Shown here one piece after another: positions 1 through 7,140 of a stretch of 16,380 bases of DNA. Under the pieces are notes generated by a model. That model searched no databases. It was not told where the DNA came from and saw only the letters and a program-made list of their open reading frames with translations. The DNA is taken from NCBI GenBank assembly GCA_051532035.1, contig JAOPTW010000040.1:1-16380 (forward strand). The letters are read 5' to 3'. Position numbers and translations under genes: made by a program. How positions within the stretch are numbered: the stretch's first letter is position 1; each line of letters starts with the position of its first letter. Source of the DNA: Fibrobacterales bacterium (GTDB lineage: Bacteria; Fibrobacterota; Fibrobacteria; Fibrobacterales; JAOPTW01).

Positions 1-1096
1 GAGAGATTTTTTCGCTTTCGATATCAACTTTAAGAACAATTGCTTCAACTTCATCACTTACGTTAAGTACTTGTGATGGGTGTTTAACATGCTCAGTCCA
101 AGACATTTCAGAAACGTGGATAAGACCTTCAATACCATCACCAAGCTCAACAAATGCGCCATAGTTAGTGATTGAAACGATTTTACCTTTGATTCTTGCG
201 CCTTCAGGGAATTTCTCTTCAGCACCTTTCCAAGGATGTGCTTGGAGTTGTTTAAGACCAAGAGAGATACGCTCTTTTTTGTCGTTAAAGTCAAGAACTT
301 TAACTTCGATTTCTTCACCAAGCTGACAAAGTTCAGATGGGTGTGAAATACGACGATAAGACATATCAGTAATGTGGAGAAGACCATCAACACCACCAAG
401 ATCGATGAATGCACCAAAGTCAGTGATATTTTTAACGATACCAACACGTACTTGACCTTTTTCAAGGTTACCTAAGACGTCACCACGGATACGTGTACGC
501 TCTTCTTCAAGTACAACACGACGTGAAACAACAATGTTACGACGTACTTCGTTGATTTTAAGAACTTTAAGATCAAATTCTTGACCAATAAGTGCATTAA
601 TATCAGGGATTTGACGGAGGTCAATTTGTGATCCAGGAAGGAACGCCTCAACGCCATAAAGATCAACAACCACACCACCTTTAATACGGCGAGTAAGAAG
701 ACCTTTAACAATTTCATTTTTCTCGTACGCTTCGTTAACTTTAGTCCAAACGCGAGCAAAGTCCGCTTTAGATTTAGAAAGAACGAGGTACCCGTTGGTA
801 TCATCAAGTGAATCGATGTATACTTCAACTTCTGATCCAACAACGATCTCTTGACCTTTGGTGAATTCATCACGAGGAATAATTCCCTCTGATTTAAAGC
901 TGATATCGACAATAACGTCTTTATCTGCTACTTCTTTAATTGTACCCGCAACTACTTTTCCGACTTCAAGTCCAGAAAGGGTAGGGAGGTACATGTTGAG
1001 TTCTTCTTCTGGTACGAAAAAATCGTTCAGAGTTTCCGCTTGAGCAGTTTCAAACTCTTTGAGATCTTCTTCGCTTCCATAAATGAGATCTGACAT
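1..1096 (-). CDS. rpsA: 30S ribosomal protein S1 (partial; 3' end runs off the left edge)
   Basis: Not in the ORF track because it has no stop inside the window. Manual translation from the ATG at 1096 gives MSDLIYGSEEDLKEFETAQAETLNDFFVPEEELNMYLPTLSGLEVGKVVAGTIKEVADKDVIVDISFKSEGIIPRDEF..., followed by S1-repeat motifs (VKNITDFGAFIDLGGVDGLLHITDMSY; ITNYGAFVELGDGIEGLIHVSEMSW). An AAAGGA Shine-Dalgarno-like sequence precedes the ATG, and the gene lies directly downstream of cmk, the usual cmk-rpsA order. Confidence 0.97.
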   Translation of the reverse strand, partial: MSDLIYGSEEDLKEFETAQAETLNDFFVPEEELNMYLPTLSGLEVGKVVAGTIKEVADKDVIVDISFKSEGIIPRDEFTKGQEIVVGSEVEVYIDSLDDTNGYLVLSKSKADFARVWTKVNEAYEKNEIVKGLLTRRIKGGVVVDLYGVEAFLPGSQIDLRQIPDINALIGQEFDLKVLKINEVRRNIVVSRRVVLEEERTRIRGDVLGNLEKGQVRVGIVKNITDFGAFIDLGGVDGLLHITDMSYRRISHPSELCQLGEEIEVKVLDFNDKKERISLGLKQLQAHPWKGAEEKFPEGARIKGKIVSITNYGAFVELGDGIEGLIHVSEMSWTEHVKHPSQVLNVSDEVEAIVLKVDIESEKIS

Positions 1097-1128
1097 GTGG
1101 TTTATCCTTTTGTTTGTGTTTCTTGCAT

Positions 1129-1812
1129 TTACAAGTTTTCTATATAGGCGTGAGCCGCAGCACACACCTGTTCAGCCTGTTCTGCTATAGCTAGGCTGGT
1201 GGTATTAATTTCTATCGCATCATCCGCTTTAATGAGAGGGGCAATTTCTCTTCCCGAGTCCGCCTCATCACGTTCGCGTAAATTCTTTTCAACCTCTTCG
1301 ATACTCTGATCAACGCCACCTTGTTTGAGTTCCAACTGCCGGCGTTCGGCACGTACTCTATAATCTGCCACAAGGTAAAATTTAAGATCAGCATTTGGGA
1401 ATACAACCGTCCCAATATCACGACCATCGAGAATACACCCGGTACCCTGACTAAATTCGCGCTGCTTTTGTGTGAGTACCTCACGTACCTCTTGTCTACT
1501 CGCATAGAGTGACACATTTGCGGCTACTTCAGGAGAACGAATCTCAGTTTCACAAATAATCCCATCGATAACAATTTCATTTTTTTCATTAAAAACAATT
1601 GAGGTATCTTTGAGAAGTGCGATAAGTTTATCTGATTGATTGGGAGTAATATTTTTTTGAAGAGATTTAAATGTGATCGCCCTATACATAGCACCTGTAT
1701 CGAGATATACGATGCCAAGAGACTCAGCAACTATTTTTGCAGTAGTGCTCTTTCCTGTACCAGAAGGACCATCAATTGCAATTACGAGGGTTTGTAGTTT
1801 CACATTTTTCAT
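1129..1812 (-). CDS. cmk: Cytidylate kinase
   Basis: IAIDGPSGTGKST P-loop, YLDTGAMYRA, DGRDIGTVVFPNADLKFYL and RD..D..R.IAPL motifs typical of Cmk; adjacent to rpsA. Confidence 0.97.
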   Translation of the reverse strand: MKNVKLQTLVIAIDGPSGTGKSTTAKIVAESLGIVYLDTGAMYRAITFKSLQKNITPNQSDKLIALLKDTSIVFNEKNEIVIDGIICETEIRSPEVAANVSLYASRQEVREVLTQKQREFSQGTGCILDGRDIGTVVFPNADLKFYLVADYRVRAERRQLELKQGGVDQSIEEVEKNLRERDEADSGREIAPLIKADDAIEINTTSLAIAEQAEQVCAAAHAYIENL

Positions 1813-1844
1813 TAGACTGACAAATTTAGTAGAAACTTGGGTAT

Positions 1845-1882
1845 AAAAAAAGGGTGTTTTGCAGAATTAACACAAAACACCC
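1845..1882 (-). terminator. Intrinsic terminator downstream of the 218-aa hypothetical gene
   Basis: Perfect 10-bp inverted repeat GGGTGTTTTG (1852-1861) / CAAAACACCC (1873-1882) with an 11-nt loop. A7 at 1845-1851 gives a U7 tail on the minus strand, ~25 nt after the stop at 1907. Confidence 0.85.
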
Positions 1883-1906
1883 ATACTTTTATCGAATCAA
1901 AAAGTT

Positions 1907-2563
1907 TTAACGCTTGATTTGAGCTCTTCTTCCGTGACGGATTGATTTTTCCGCTTCTGGAGCAGCCGCAGCAGCATCAACAATTTTTGGTTCTGAGGTA
2001 ACCGCAACAGCATCAGCTGCCTCTCCACGAGGAGCGAGTGTTGGTCTATTCGAAGACGCTTGAACTTTTTCTTTCGGCGCTTCTACTTCTACCTTTTTTT
2101 CAGAAACAGGTGCATTCTCAGAAGCTACTGGAGCAGACTTGTGTCCACCATTAGCTTTTGGTGCTCTCGTTTCCTGCTTTTCAACAGTCTCAGTTTTTTC
2201 AGATTGTACATTCGCTTCTACTTCATTTGAGAAAACCTCAGGAGCGGGACGATTGCGGTTGCGGTTGCGGTTGCGGTTGCGACCTCTTCCATTTTTATCA
2301 TTTTTATCATTTTTATCATTTTTATCTGATTTTTCAGATTTATCTGATTTTTCCGCAGTATCTTTCGACTTACGGTTTTTTGATTTTGAATTATCGGTTT
2401 TAGGCTGTCTTTTAACATTCTTTAATTTGATTTCCGGTGCGAGTTTTTTCACAATCGGCGCTGTCAACTGTTTAGAAATTTTAGCCAGCTTAGACAATAC
2501 AACCAAGTTTAGCGCTATTGAACCAAGCACTAATATTAAAAGAATTACTGTTCCTATATCCAT
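1907..2563 (-). CDS. Hypothetical protein: N-terminal transmembrane anchor plus long low-complexity, probably disordered tail
   Basis: 218-aa ORF with an AAAAGGA RBS before the ATG, a hydrophobic N-terminus (VILLILVLGSIALNLVVL), EKS/DKN and (RN)n repeats and a basic C-terminus (RHGRRAQIKR); followed by a terminator. Confidence 0.8.
   Translation of the reverse strand: MDIGTVILLILVLGSIALNLVVLSKLAKISKQLTAPIVKKLAPEIKLKNVKRQPKTDNSKSKNRKSKDTAEKSDKSEKSDKNDKNDKNDKNGRGRNRNRNRNRNRPAPEVFSNEVEANVQSEKTETVEKQETRAPKANGGHKSAPVASENAPVSEKKVEVEAPKEKVQASSNRPTLAPRGEAADAVAVTSEPKIVDAAAAAPEAEKSIRHGRRAQIKR
2253..2353. repeat. In-frame tandem microsatellites within the 218-aa ORF
   Basis: (TTGCGG)x4 plus a partial copy at 2253-2281 encodes RNRNRNRNR. 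(ATTTTTATC)x4 at 2291-2326 encodes (DKN)x4. Degenerate 9-mers at 2327-2353 encode EKS-DKS-EKS. Confidence 0.95.
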
Positions 2564-2655
2564 TTTGTTCCTTTTATTAATAGAGTGAGTTTTAGGTGGA
2601 AATACTCAGGGCCGACTCATATGACAGGGACATTCTCTGTCTCATTTGGAATCAC

Positions 2656-2838
2656 TCACTCTGTTTTTTGTAAATTGGAGTCTTTGGCCAGGTCATCGAT
2701 ACGGCTATCAGCCTTTGCAATAATATCGATTATTTGCTCAACTTGTTTAACAAGTATATTTACTCGACTGACAACAGATAATATAAATACAAGTATTATG
2801 AGGACTGTTATGCCGAGTATAAGAGATAATATTTCCAC
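2656..2838 (-). CDS. Small single-pass membrane protein with a short coiled-coil-like tail
   Basis: 60-aa ORF with GTG start, hydrophobic residues ~3-23, then an amphipathic VKQVEQIIDIIAKADSRIDDL segment. A promoter-like sequence sits just upstream. Confidence 0.65.
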   Translation of the reverse strand: MEILSLILGITVLIILVFILSVVSRVNILVKQVEQIIDIIAKADSRIDDLAKDSNLQKTE

Positions 2839-2844
2839 AGTTAC

Positions 2845-2873
2845 AAATTAACAATCATTGTTCTATTAAACAA
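2845..2873 (-). promoter_or_regulatory. Putative sigma70-type promoter giving a leaderless transcript for the 60-aa gene
   Basis: Minus strand reads TTGTTT (2873-2868), N17, TAATTT (2850-2845, preceded by TGT as an extended -10), N6, then the GTG start. No Shine-Dalgarno sequence is present. Confidence 0.5.
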
Positions 2874-2943
2874 GCGAAAAATCCTATAGTTAATCGATTT
2901 ACTTCCACTATTACTCCTTTTTTAGCATTTATTAGTGCACATA

Positions 2944-2972
2944 TTGACAAGTGCCCATAAGTACACTATATT
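2944..2972 (+). promoter_or_regulatory. sigma70 promoter of lexA
   Basis: TTGACA (2944-2949), 17 nt, TATATT (2967-2972): consensus -35, optimal spacing and a 5/6 match at -10. Confidence 0.8.
2952..2965. promoter_or_regulatory. Putative LexA operator (SOS box) in the lexA promoter spacer
   Basis: TGCCC-ATAA-GTACA has one mismatch to TGCNC-N4-GTGCA and symmetric AG/CT flanks. A second, weaker site TGCAC-ATAT-TGACA at 2936-2949 overlaps the -35. Confidence 0.75.
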
Positions 2973-3091
2973 AAAAACAGTATATAACAACTCAAATGCT
3001 ATCAAATAATCAAAGACGGGTTCTATTAAGCCACCAATTGACTGTAGTTAGCCTGAGTAACAACCCACGATGGATTTAAAGGTACACTCTT

Positions 3092-3724
3092 ATGAAAGAG
3101 AAACTTACAGCGCGACAACAAGAAATATACGACTATATTAAAGAGCGTATGGCTAATACCAACCTCCCCCCTACTGTTCGAGAGATCGGCCAACACTTTA
3201 ATATATCATCAACCAATGGTGTAAGAAGCATTCTGAGCGCCCTTATTAAAAAGGATTACATTACCCGCTCGCCAAAGCTCTCTCGTGGCATCACCCTTAC
3301 TGATGAGATACCAAATGCAATCCCTGAACAAGATGCAAACATGTTCGATGTCCCTATTCTTGGACGAGTTGCAGCAGGCGCCCCACTCATGGCTGTTGAA
3401 AACCTAGAAGGAACTATTACTGTACATCGAGACTTCCTCATGAAACAAGAGAATGTTTTTGCCCTAAAGGTTGAGGGCGATTCAATGATCAATGCAGGCA
3501 TTCTCAATGGCGACATGATCTTCGCACGCCAACAAAGCACTGCAGACACCGGTCAAATGGTCGTAGCAATTGTCGACGATGCCGCCACGGTAAAATACTT
3601 CCACCCCGAAGCAAGCCAAGTCCGCCTCGAACCTGCCAACGACAACTACCGCCCAATCATTGTAGAAAAAGACAAAGATTTCAGAATCGCCGGCCGAGTA
3701 ATCGGCGTCATGCGCCAAGTATAA
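3092..3724 (+). CDS. lexA: SOS-response repressor LexA
   Basis: N-terminal winged HTH ([12 protein letters not shown]...[16 protein letters not shown]), Ala-Gly autocleavage site (GRVAAGAP), catalytic Ser (GDSM) and Lys (ATVK). Confidence 0.97.
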   Translation: MKEKLTARQQEIYDYIKERMANTNLPPTVREIGQHFNISSTNGVRSILSALIKKDYITRSPKLSRGITLTDEIPNAIPEQDANMFDVPILGRVAAGAPLMAVENLEGTITVHRDFLMKQENVFALKVEGDSMINAGILNGDMIFARQQSTADTGQMVVAIVDDAATVKYFHPEASQVRLEPANDNYRPIIVEKDKDFRIAGRVIGVMRQV

Positions 3725-3730
3725 GACCAA

Positions 3731-3801
3731 ACAGGCAAAGGCACACGCAGTGTGCCGAGCGAACCAACCTCAACATGCAATGGTACGCAAAGCGTACCGA
3801 G
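3731..3801. repeat. Two direct copies of a REP-like hairpin unit, 42-bp period
   Basis: GGCACAC-GCA-GTGTGCC (3740-3756) and GGTACGC-AAA-GCGTACC (3782-3798). Both are preceded by ACA.GCAA. and followed by GAG; 21 of 29 positions are identical. Confidence 0.8.
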
Positions 3802-3816
3802 TAATAAGCAAAAACC

Positions 3817-3922
3817 AATAATTCATTTTAATGTTGAGATACAAGGCGCTGGAGACGAAGGCGTACATCAGGTACGTCGAGTTTTCAGCAACGCAGTAGA
3901 TTGCCGTTTAAAATTGATTATT
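3817..3922 (+). repeat. 106-bp imperfect palindromic element (MITE-like repeat or structured RNA)
   Basis: Outer inverted repeat AATAATTCATTTTAA (3817-3831) / TTAAAATTGATTATT (3908-3922), 13/15 match. Inner stems are GCTGGAGAC/GTTTTCAGC and GGCGTAC/GTACGTC. Confidence 0.65.
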
Positions 3923-4322
3923 AAATGAGGTCGACTTTTTTTAATGCATCCTCAAATTTATCAGGAGTAACAGGCTTTTGAATATAACCGTCGCACTGCT
4001 CTTTAAAAGCATTGAGGAAATTTTTACGATCATTTGAAGCGGTAACCATTATGATTTTAGCACCTTTACCATCTGACCCATGAAACAAACCGTGTTTGTG
4101 TTCAAGCTCACGAATCTCTTTAAGTGCCTGAATACCATCTTTTTCGGGCATCATTATATCCAGAAGAATAAGATCAAAATGAGAGCCCGCTTCAACCTCT
4201 TTGGTTACAGTCTCTACAGCTTCATTTCCATCTAAGGCTAGATCGGTGTCTCCATACTTATCAGCAAGGTGTTTAATCACCTTGATATTGATGAAGTCAT
4301 CTTCAACGATCAGTATCTTCAC
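3921..4322 (-). CDS. Single-domain response regulator (CheY-like receiver)
   Basis: KILIVEDD, DLILLDIMMP (phospho-acceptor Asp), IIMVTA and KP motifs; GTG start with an AGGAG RBS; no output domain. Confidence 0.92.
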   Translation of the reverse strand: MKILIVEDDFINIKVIKHLADKYGDTDLALDGNEAVETVTKEVEAGSHFDLILLDIMMPEKDGIQALKEIRELEHKHGLFHGSDGKGAKIIMVTASNDRKNFLNAFKEQCDGYIQKPVTPDKFEDALKKVDLI

Positions 4323-4502
4323 AGTTGCTCCTACACATGAGTAGGTTTATGATACATAATAAACACAAAAATGTGCATATTTTTTTTTCATCTTTGGTAG
4401 ATGTTTTCAGATATGCATATATTACCGAAATTCCCTGTTTTGGGCCATAAAGCTTTATTATATTCTCTATTATAGTTATAATAGATACTTTGACTGTCTC
4501 TC

Positions 4503-4534
4503 TAAAAATAGGCGACTATATAAGCCTATTTTTA
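4503..4534. promoter_or_regulatory. 11-bp perfect inverted repeat in the divergent receiver/clpC intergenic region (operator or terminator-like)
   Basis: TAAAAATAGGC (4503-4513), 10 nt, GCCTATTTTTA (4524-4534). Confidence 0.45.
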
Positions 4535-4633
4535 TTGGTTCACCAAGTATTAACGATACCTTTTAAATGAACCGGAAACGGTCGTATTACATCTACAGAT
4601 GTTTCTGTAGTGTTGAAATCTGAGGAGGATCCC

Positions 4634-7138
4634 TTGAACGGAATGTTTACTGATAGAGTAAAAAAAGTACTACAGCTCGCTCGTGAAGAGTCAGCACGCC
4701 TAGGAAGTGGGCACGTGGGGAGTGAGCACCTTCTCCTTGGCCTATTAAAAGAGGGCGAAGGAGTTGCTGTTGCAGTACTCAAGAACCAAGAGGTTGATAC
4801 CACAGACTTGATTCAAAAAATTGAACGGAACATATCTGACCCTGGTGACATTATGCCACTTGGCCAAATAATCCCATTTACCCCACTTGCAAAACAAATA
4901 CTAGAAGTAGCAGCTCAAGAAGCCCGGAGTATGGGTCACCGCTATACTGGCACTGAGCACCTTTTGCTTTCACTTATCAAAAACCAAAACTCTGCTGCTG
5001 CTGATGCACTTGCGGCCATTGGTATTGAATATGACAAGACCAAAGAAGAGATTGAGAAAGTACTGAATCAAGGTACAAGCGATAGTTCTGAGACTGGTGA
5101 AGCAGATGCAGCAAGCAGTTCTAAAAAGAAATCTAAAACACCTTTTCTTGACCACTTTGGCCGTGACCTTACAGAGATGGCACGCAAAAGCAAACTCGAT
5201 CCTATTATTGGGCGCTCTGAAGAAATCGACCGCATGATACAGATTCTCTCCCGCCGTAAAAAGAACAACCCCGTTCTTATTGGTGAACCGGGTGTTGGTA
5301 AAACAGCAATTATCGAGGGTCTTGCACAATATATTATTCAGAAAAAAATCCCTGAAATACTCGAAGATAAAAAAGTGATTACTCTTGAAATGGCAAGTAT
5401 TGTTGCCGGCACTAAATATAGAGGTCAATTTGAAGAGCGCCTTAAGGCACTTATACTTGAACTACAAAAGAATCCAGATGTAATCATTTTTATTGATGAG
5501 ATTCACACTATTGTTGGTGCTGGCGGATCTGAAGGTTCACTCGATGCATCGAATATATTAAAGCCTGCTCTATCACGTGGAGAAATCCAGTGTGTTGGCG
5601 CAACTACTCTCGATGAATACCGAAAACATATTGAAAAAGATGGAGCACTTGAGAGACGTTTCCAAACAATTATGGTTGACCCTCCATCAACCGAAGAAGC
5701 TATTGAGATCCTCAAAGGTCTCAGACCAAAATATGAATCGCATCACAAGGTAACCTACGAAGATGAAGCACTCGATAAAGCAGTAAAACTCTCAGAGCGT
5801 TACATAAGTGATAGAGCACTTCCCGATAAAGCTATTGATGTACTTGATGAAACTGGTGCAAAAGTTCGCATTGCGAGTATGTCAATACCGCCAGAGCTTC
5901 GCGAAAAAGAAGCTGAGCTCGAAAATATTACTCAAGAGAAAATCGAATCTGTTGCAAATCAAGATTATGAGCTTGCTGCAAGCCTTAGAGATACTGGCGA
6001 AAAACTCAAAGAAGAGATTGCACAACTTAAAACTAACTGGAAAGAGTCAAAAGACGAGCAAGGGATTGTAGTTACTGGAATTGATATTCAAAACGTCATT
6101 ACCAAAATGACCGGCATCCCTCTTGATCAACTTGAAGCTGAGAACAATAAGAAGATATTAAGGCTTGAGGATGACCTTCAGAAACGAGTTATTGCTCAAG
6201 AAAATGCTGTAAAAACTATTGCTCGTGCGGTCAAACGTTCAAGAGCAGGTATTCACAATTCACGGAAACCAATGGGCTCTTTTATGTTCCTTGGACCAAC
6301 AGGGGTTGGTAAAACTGAACTTGCAAAAGCCCTTACAGAATGTCTCTTTGGTACAGAGGACTCGATCATCCGTATCGACATGTCTGAATACATGGAGAAA
6401 TTTTCTGTATCACGTCTTATCGGTGCCCCTCCGGGATATGTAGGATATGACGACAACGGTGGTCAACTTTCTGAAAAGGTTCGTAAAAAACCATACTCAA
6501 TTATTCTTCTTGATGAGATTGAAAAAGCACATCCAGACATTTTTAATATTTTACTCCAGATCCTTGACGACGGTCACTTAACCGACAACTATGGCCGAAA
6601 AGTAAACTTTAAAAATGCTATTATCATTATGACCTCAAATGTCGGTGCTAAATTCCTGAGAAAGGGAACCGGTATGGGATTTGCAAAATCAACTGCCGAA
6701 AATGAGTATGCACGGATGCAAAACAGCATTCAAGAAGAGGTTAAGAAAGTATTTAACCCAGAGTTTATCAATCGTATTGATGACTTAATTGTCTTTAGAG
6801 CACTAGAAAAAGAAGATCTTACCGAGATCGTCGACATTTTAATTGGTGACCTACAGAAGCGTCTTGATGAGCAAAATATTACTATCCAAATAGATAAAAA
6901 AGCGAAGCATTTTATTATCGAAGATAACTATGATGCAATGCTTGGAGCACGGCCACTGAGACGTTCTATCCAGAGACTTGTCGAAGATGAACTTGCAGAA
7001 AAAATGCTCTATGGAGAAGTAACGACAAGCTCTACAGTCAAAGTAACTGTTGTAGACGATAAACTCTCATTTTCAACTAAAGTTAAACGTAAGCCTCGTA
7101 CTAAAAAAGCTGAGACTGAAATCGAAGTTGAAGAGTAA
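4634..7138 (+). CDS. clpC: ATP-dependent Clp protease ATP-binding subunit ClpC
   Basis: Duplicated Clp-N repeats (EHLLL twice), two AAA+ domains ([16 protein letters not shown]), a short UVR-like middle domain ([11 protein letters not shown]) and a ClpP-docking MGF loop. Start moved from the ORF-track 4610 to the TTG at 4634, which follows GAGGAGG at 4622-4628. Confidence 0.93.
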   Translation: MNGMFTDRVKKVLQLAREESARLGSGHVGSEHLLLGLLKEGEGVAVAVLKNQEVDTTDLIQKIERNISDPGDIMPLGQIIPFTPLAKQILEVAAQEARSMGHRYTGTEHLLLSLIKNQNSAAADALAAIGIEYDKTKEEIEKVLNQGTSDSSETGEADAASSSKKKSKTPFLDHFGRDLTEMARKSKLDPIIGRSEEIDRMIQILSRRKKNNPVLIGEPGVGKTAIIEGLAQYIIQKKIPEILEDKKVITLEMASIVAGTKYRGQFEERLKALILELQKNPDVIIFIDEIHTIVGAGGSEGSLDASNILKPALSRGEIQCVGATTLDEYRKHIEKDGALERRFQTIMVDPPSTEEAIEILKGLRPKYESHHKVTYEDEALDKAVKLSERYISDRALPDKAIDVLDETGAKVRIASMSIPPELREKEAELENITQEKIESVANQDYELAASLRDTGEKLKEEIAQLKTNWKESKDEQGIVVTGIDIQNVITKMTGIPLDQLEAENNKKILRLEDDLQKRVIAQENAVKTIARAVKRSRAGIHNSRKPMGSFMFLGPTGVGKTELAKALTECLFGTEDSIIRIDMSEYMEKFSVSRLIGAPPGYVGYDDNGGQLSEKVRKKPYSIILLDEIEKAHPDIFNILLQILDDGHLTDNYGRKVNFKNAIIIMTSNVGAKFLRKGTGMGFAKSTAENEYARMQNSIQEEVKKVFNPEFINRIDDLIVFRALEKEDLTEIVDILIGDLQKRLDEQNITIQIDKKAKHFIIEDNYDAMLGARPLRRSIQRLVEDELAEKMLYGEVTTSSTVKVTVVDDKLSFSTKVKRKPRTKKAETEIEVEE

Positions 7139-7140
7139 TA

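Noticed and set aside
58..1043. ORF-track entries 58..465, 472..912 and 858..1043
   Set aside because: Alternative-frame or antisense shadows of rpsA, whose real frame is open from 1096 to the window edge.
2139..2851. ORFs 2139..2588, 2158..2403, 2218..2418 and 2585..2851 (RLRLRL, CGCGCG and IKMIKM repeats)
   Set aside because: By-products of stop-free microsatellites and of the real minus-strand genes; no RBS or protein-like features.
2979..3091. ~110-nt lexA leader as a riboswitch or structured RNA
   Set aside because: Only a short GGGTT/AACCC complementarity; no convincing fold or known motif.
3731..3801. Possible mini CRISPR array
   Set aside because: Only two units, 21/29 identical, with a ~13-nt spacer and no cas genes; fits REP-like hairpins better.
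3817..3922. Possible integron attC site
   Set aside because: No properly paired RYYYAAC...GTTRRRY ends, no cassette array and no integrase in the window.
4364..4377. GTGCA half-site upstream of the receiver gene as a LexA box
   Set aside because: The other half (CACAA) does not match TGCNC at 4-nt spacing.
4610..4633. ORF-track start of clpC at 4610
   Set aside because: The strong GAGGAGG RBS lies inside this extension and points to the TTG at 4634 (or the ATG at 4643).
4634..7138. ClpB or ClpA assignment
   Set aside because: The middle domain is short and UVR-like and the MGF ClpP-binding loop is present. ClpB has a long M domain and no such loop; ClpA has no M domain.
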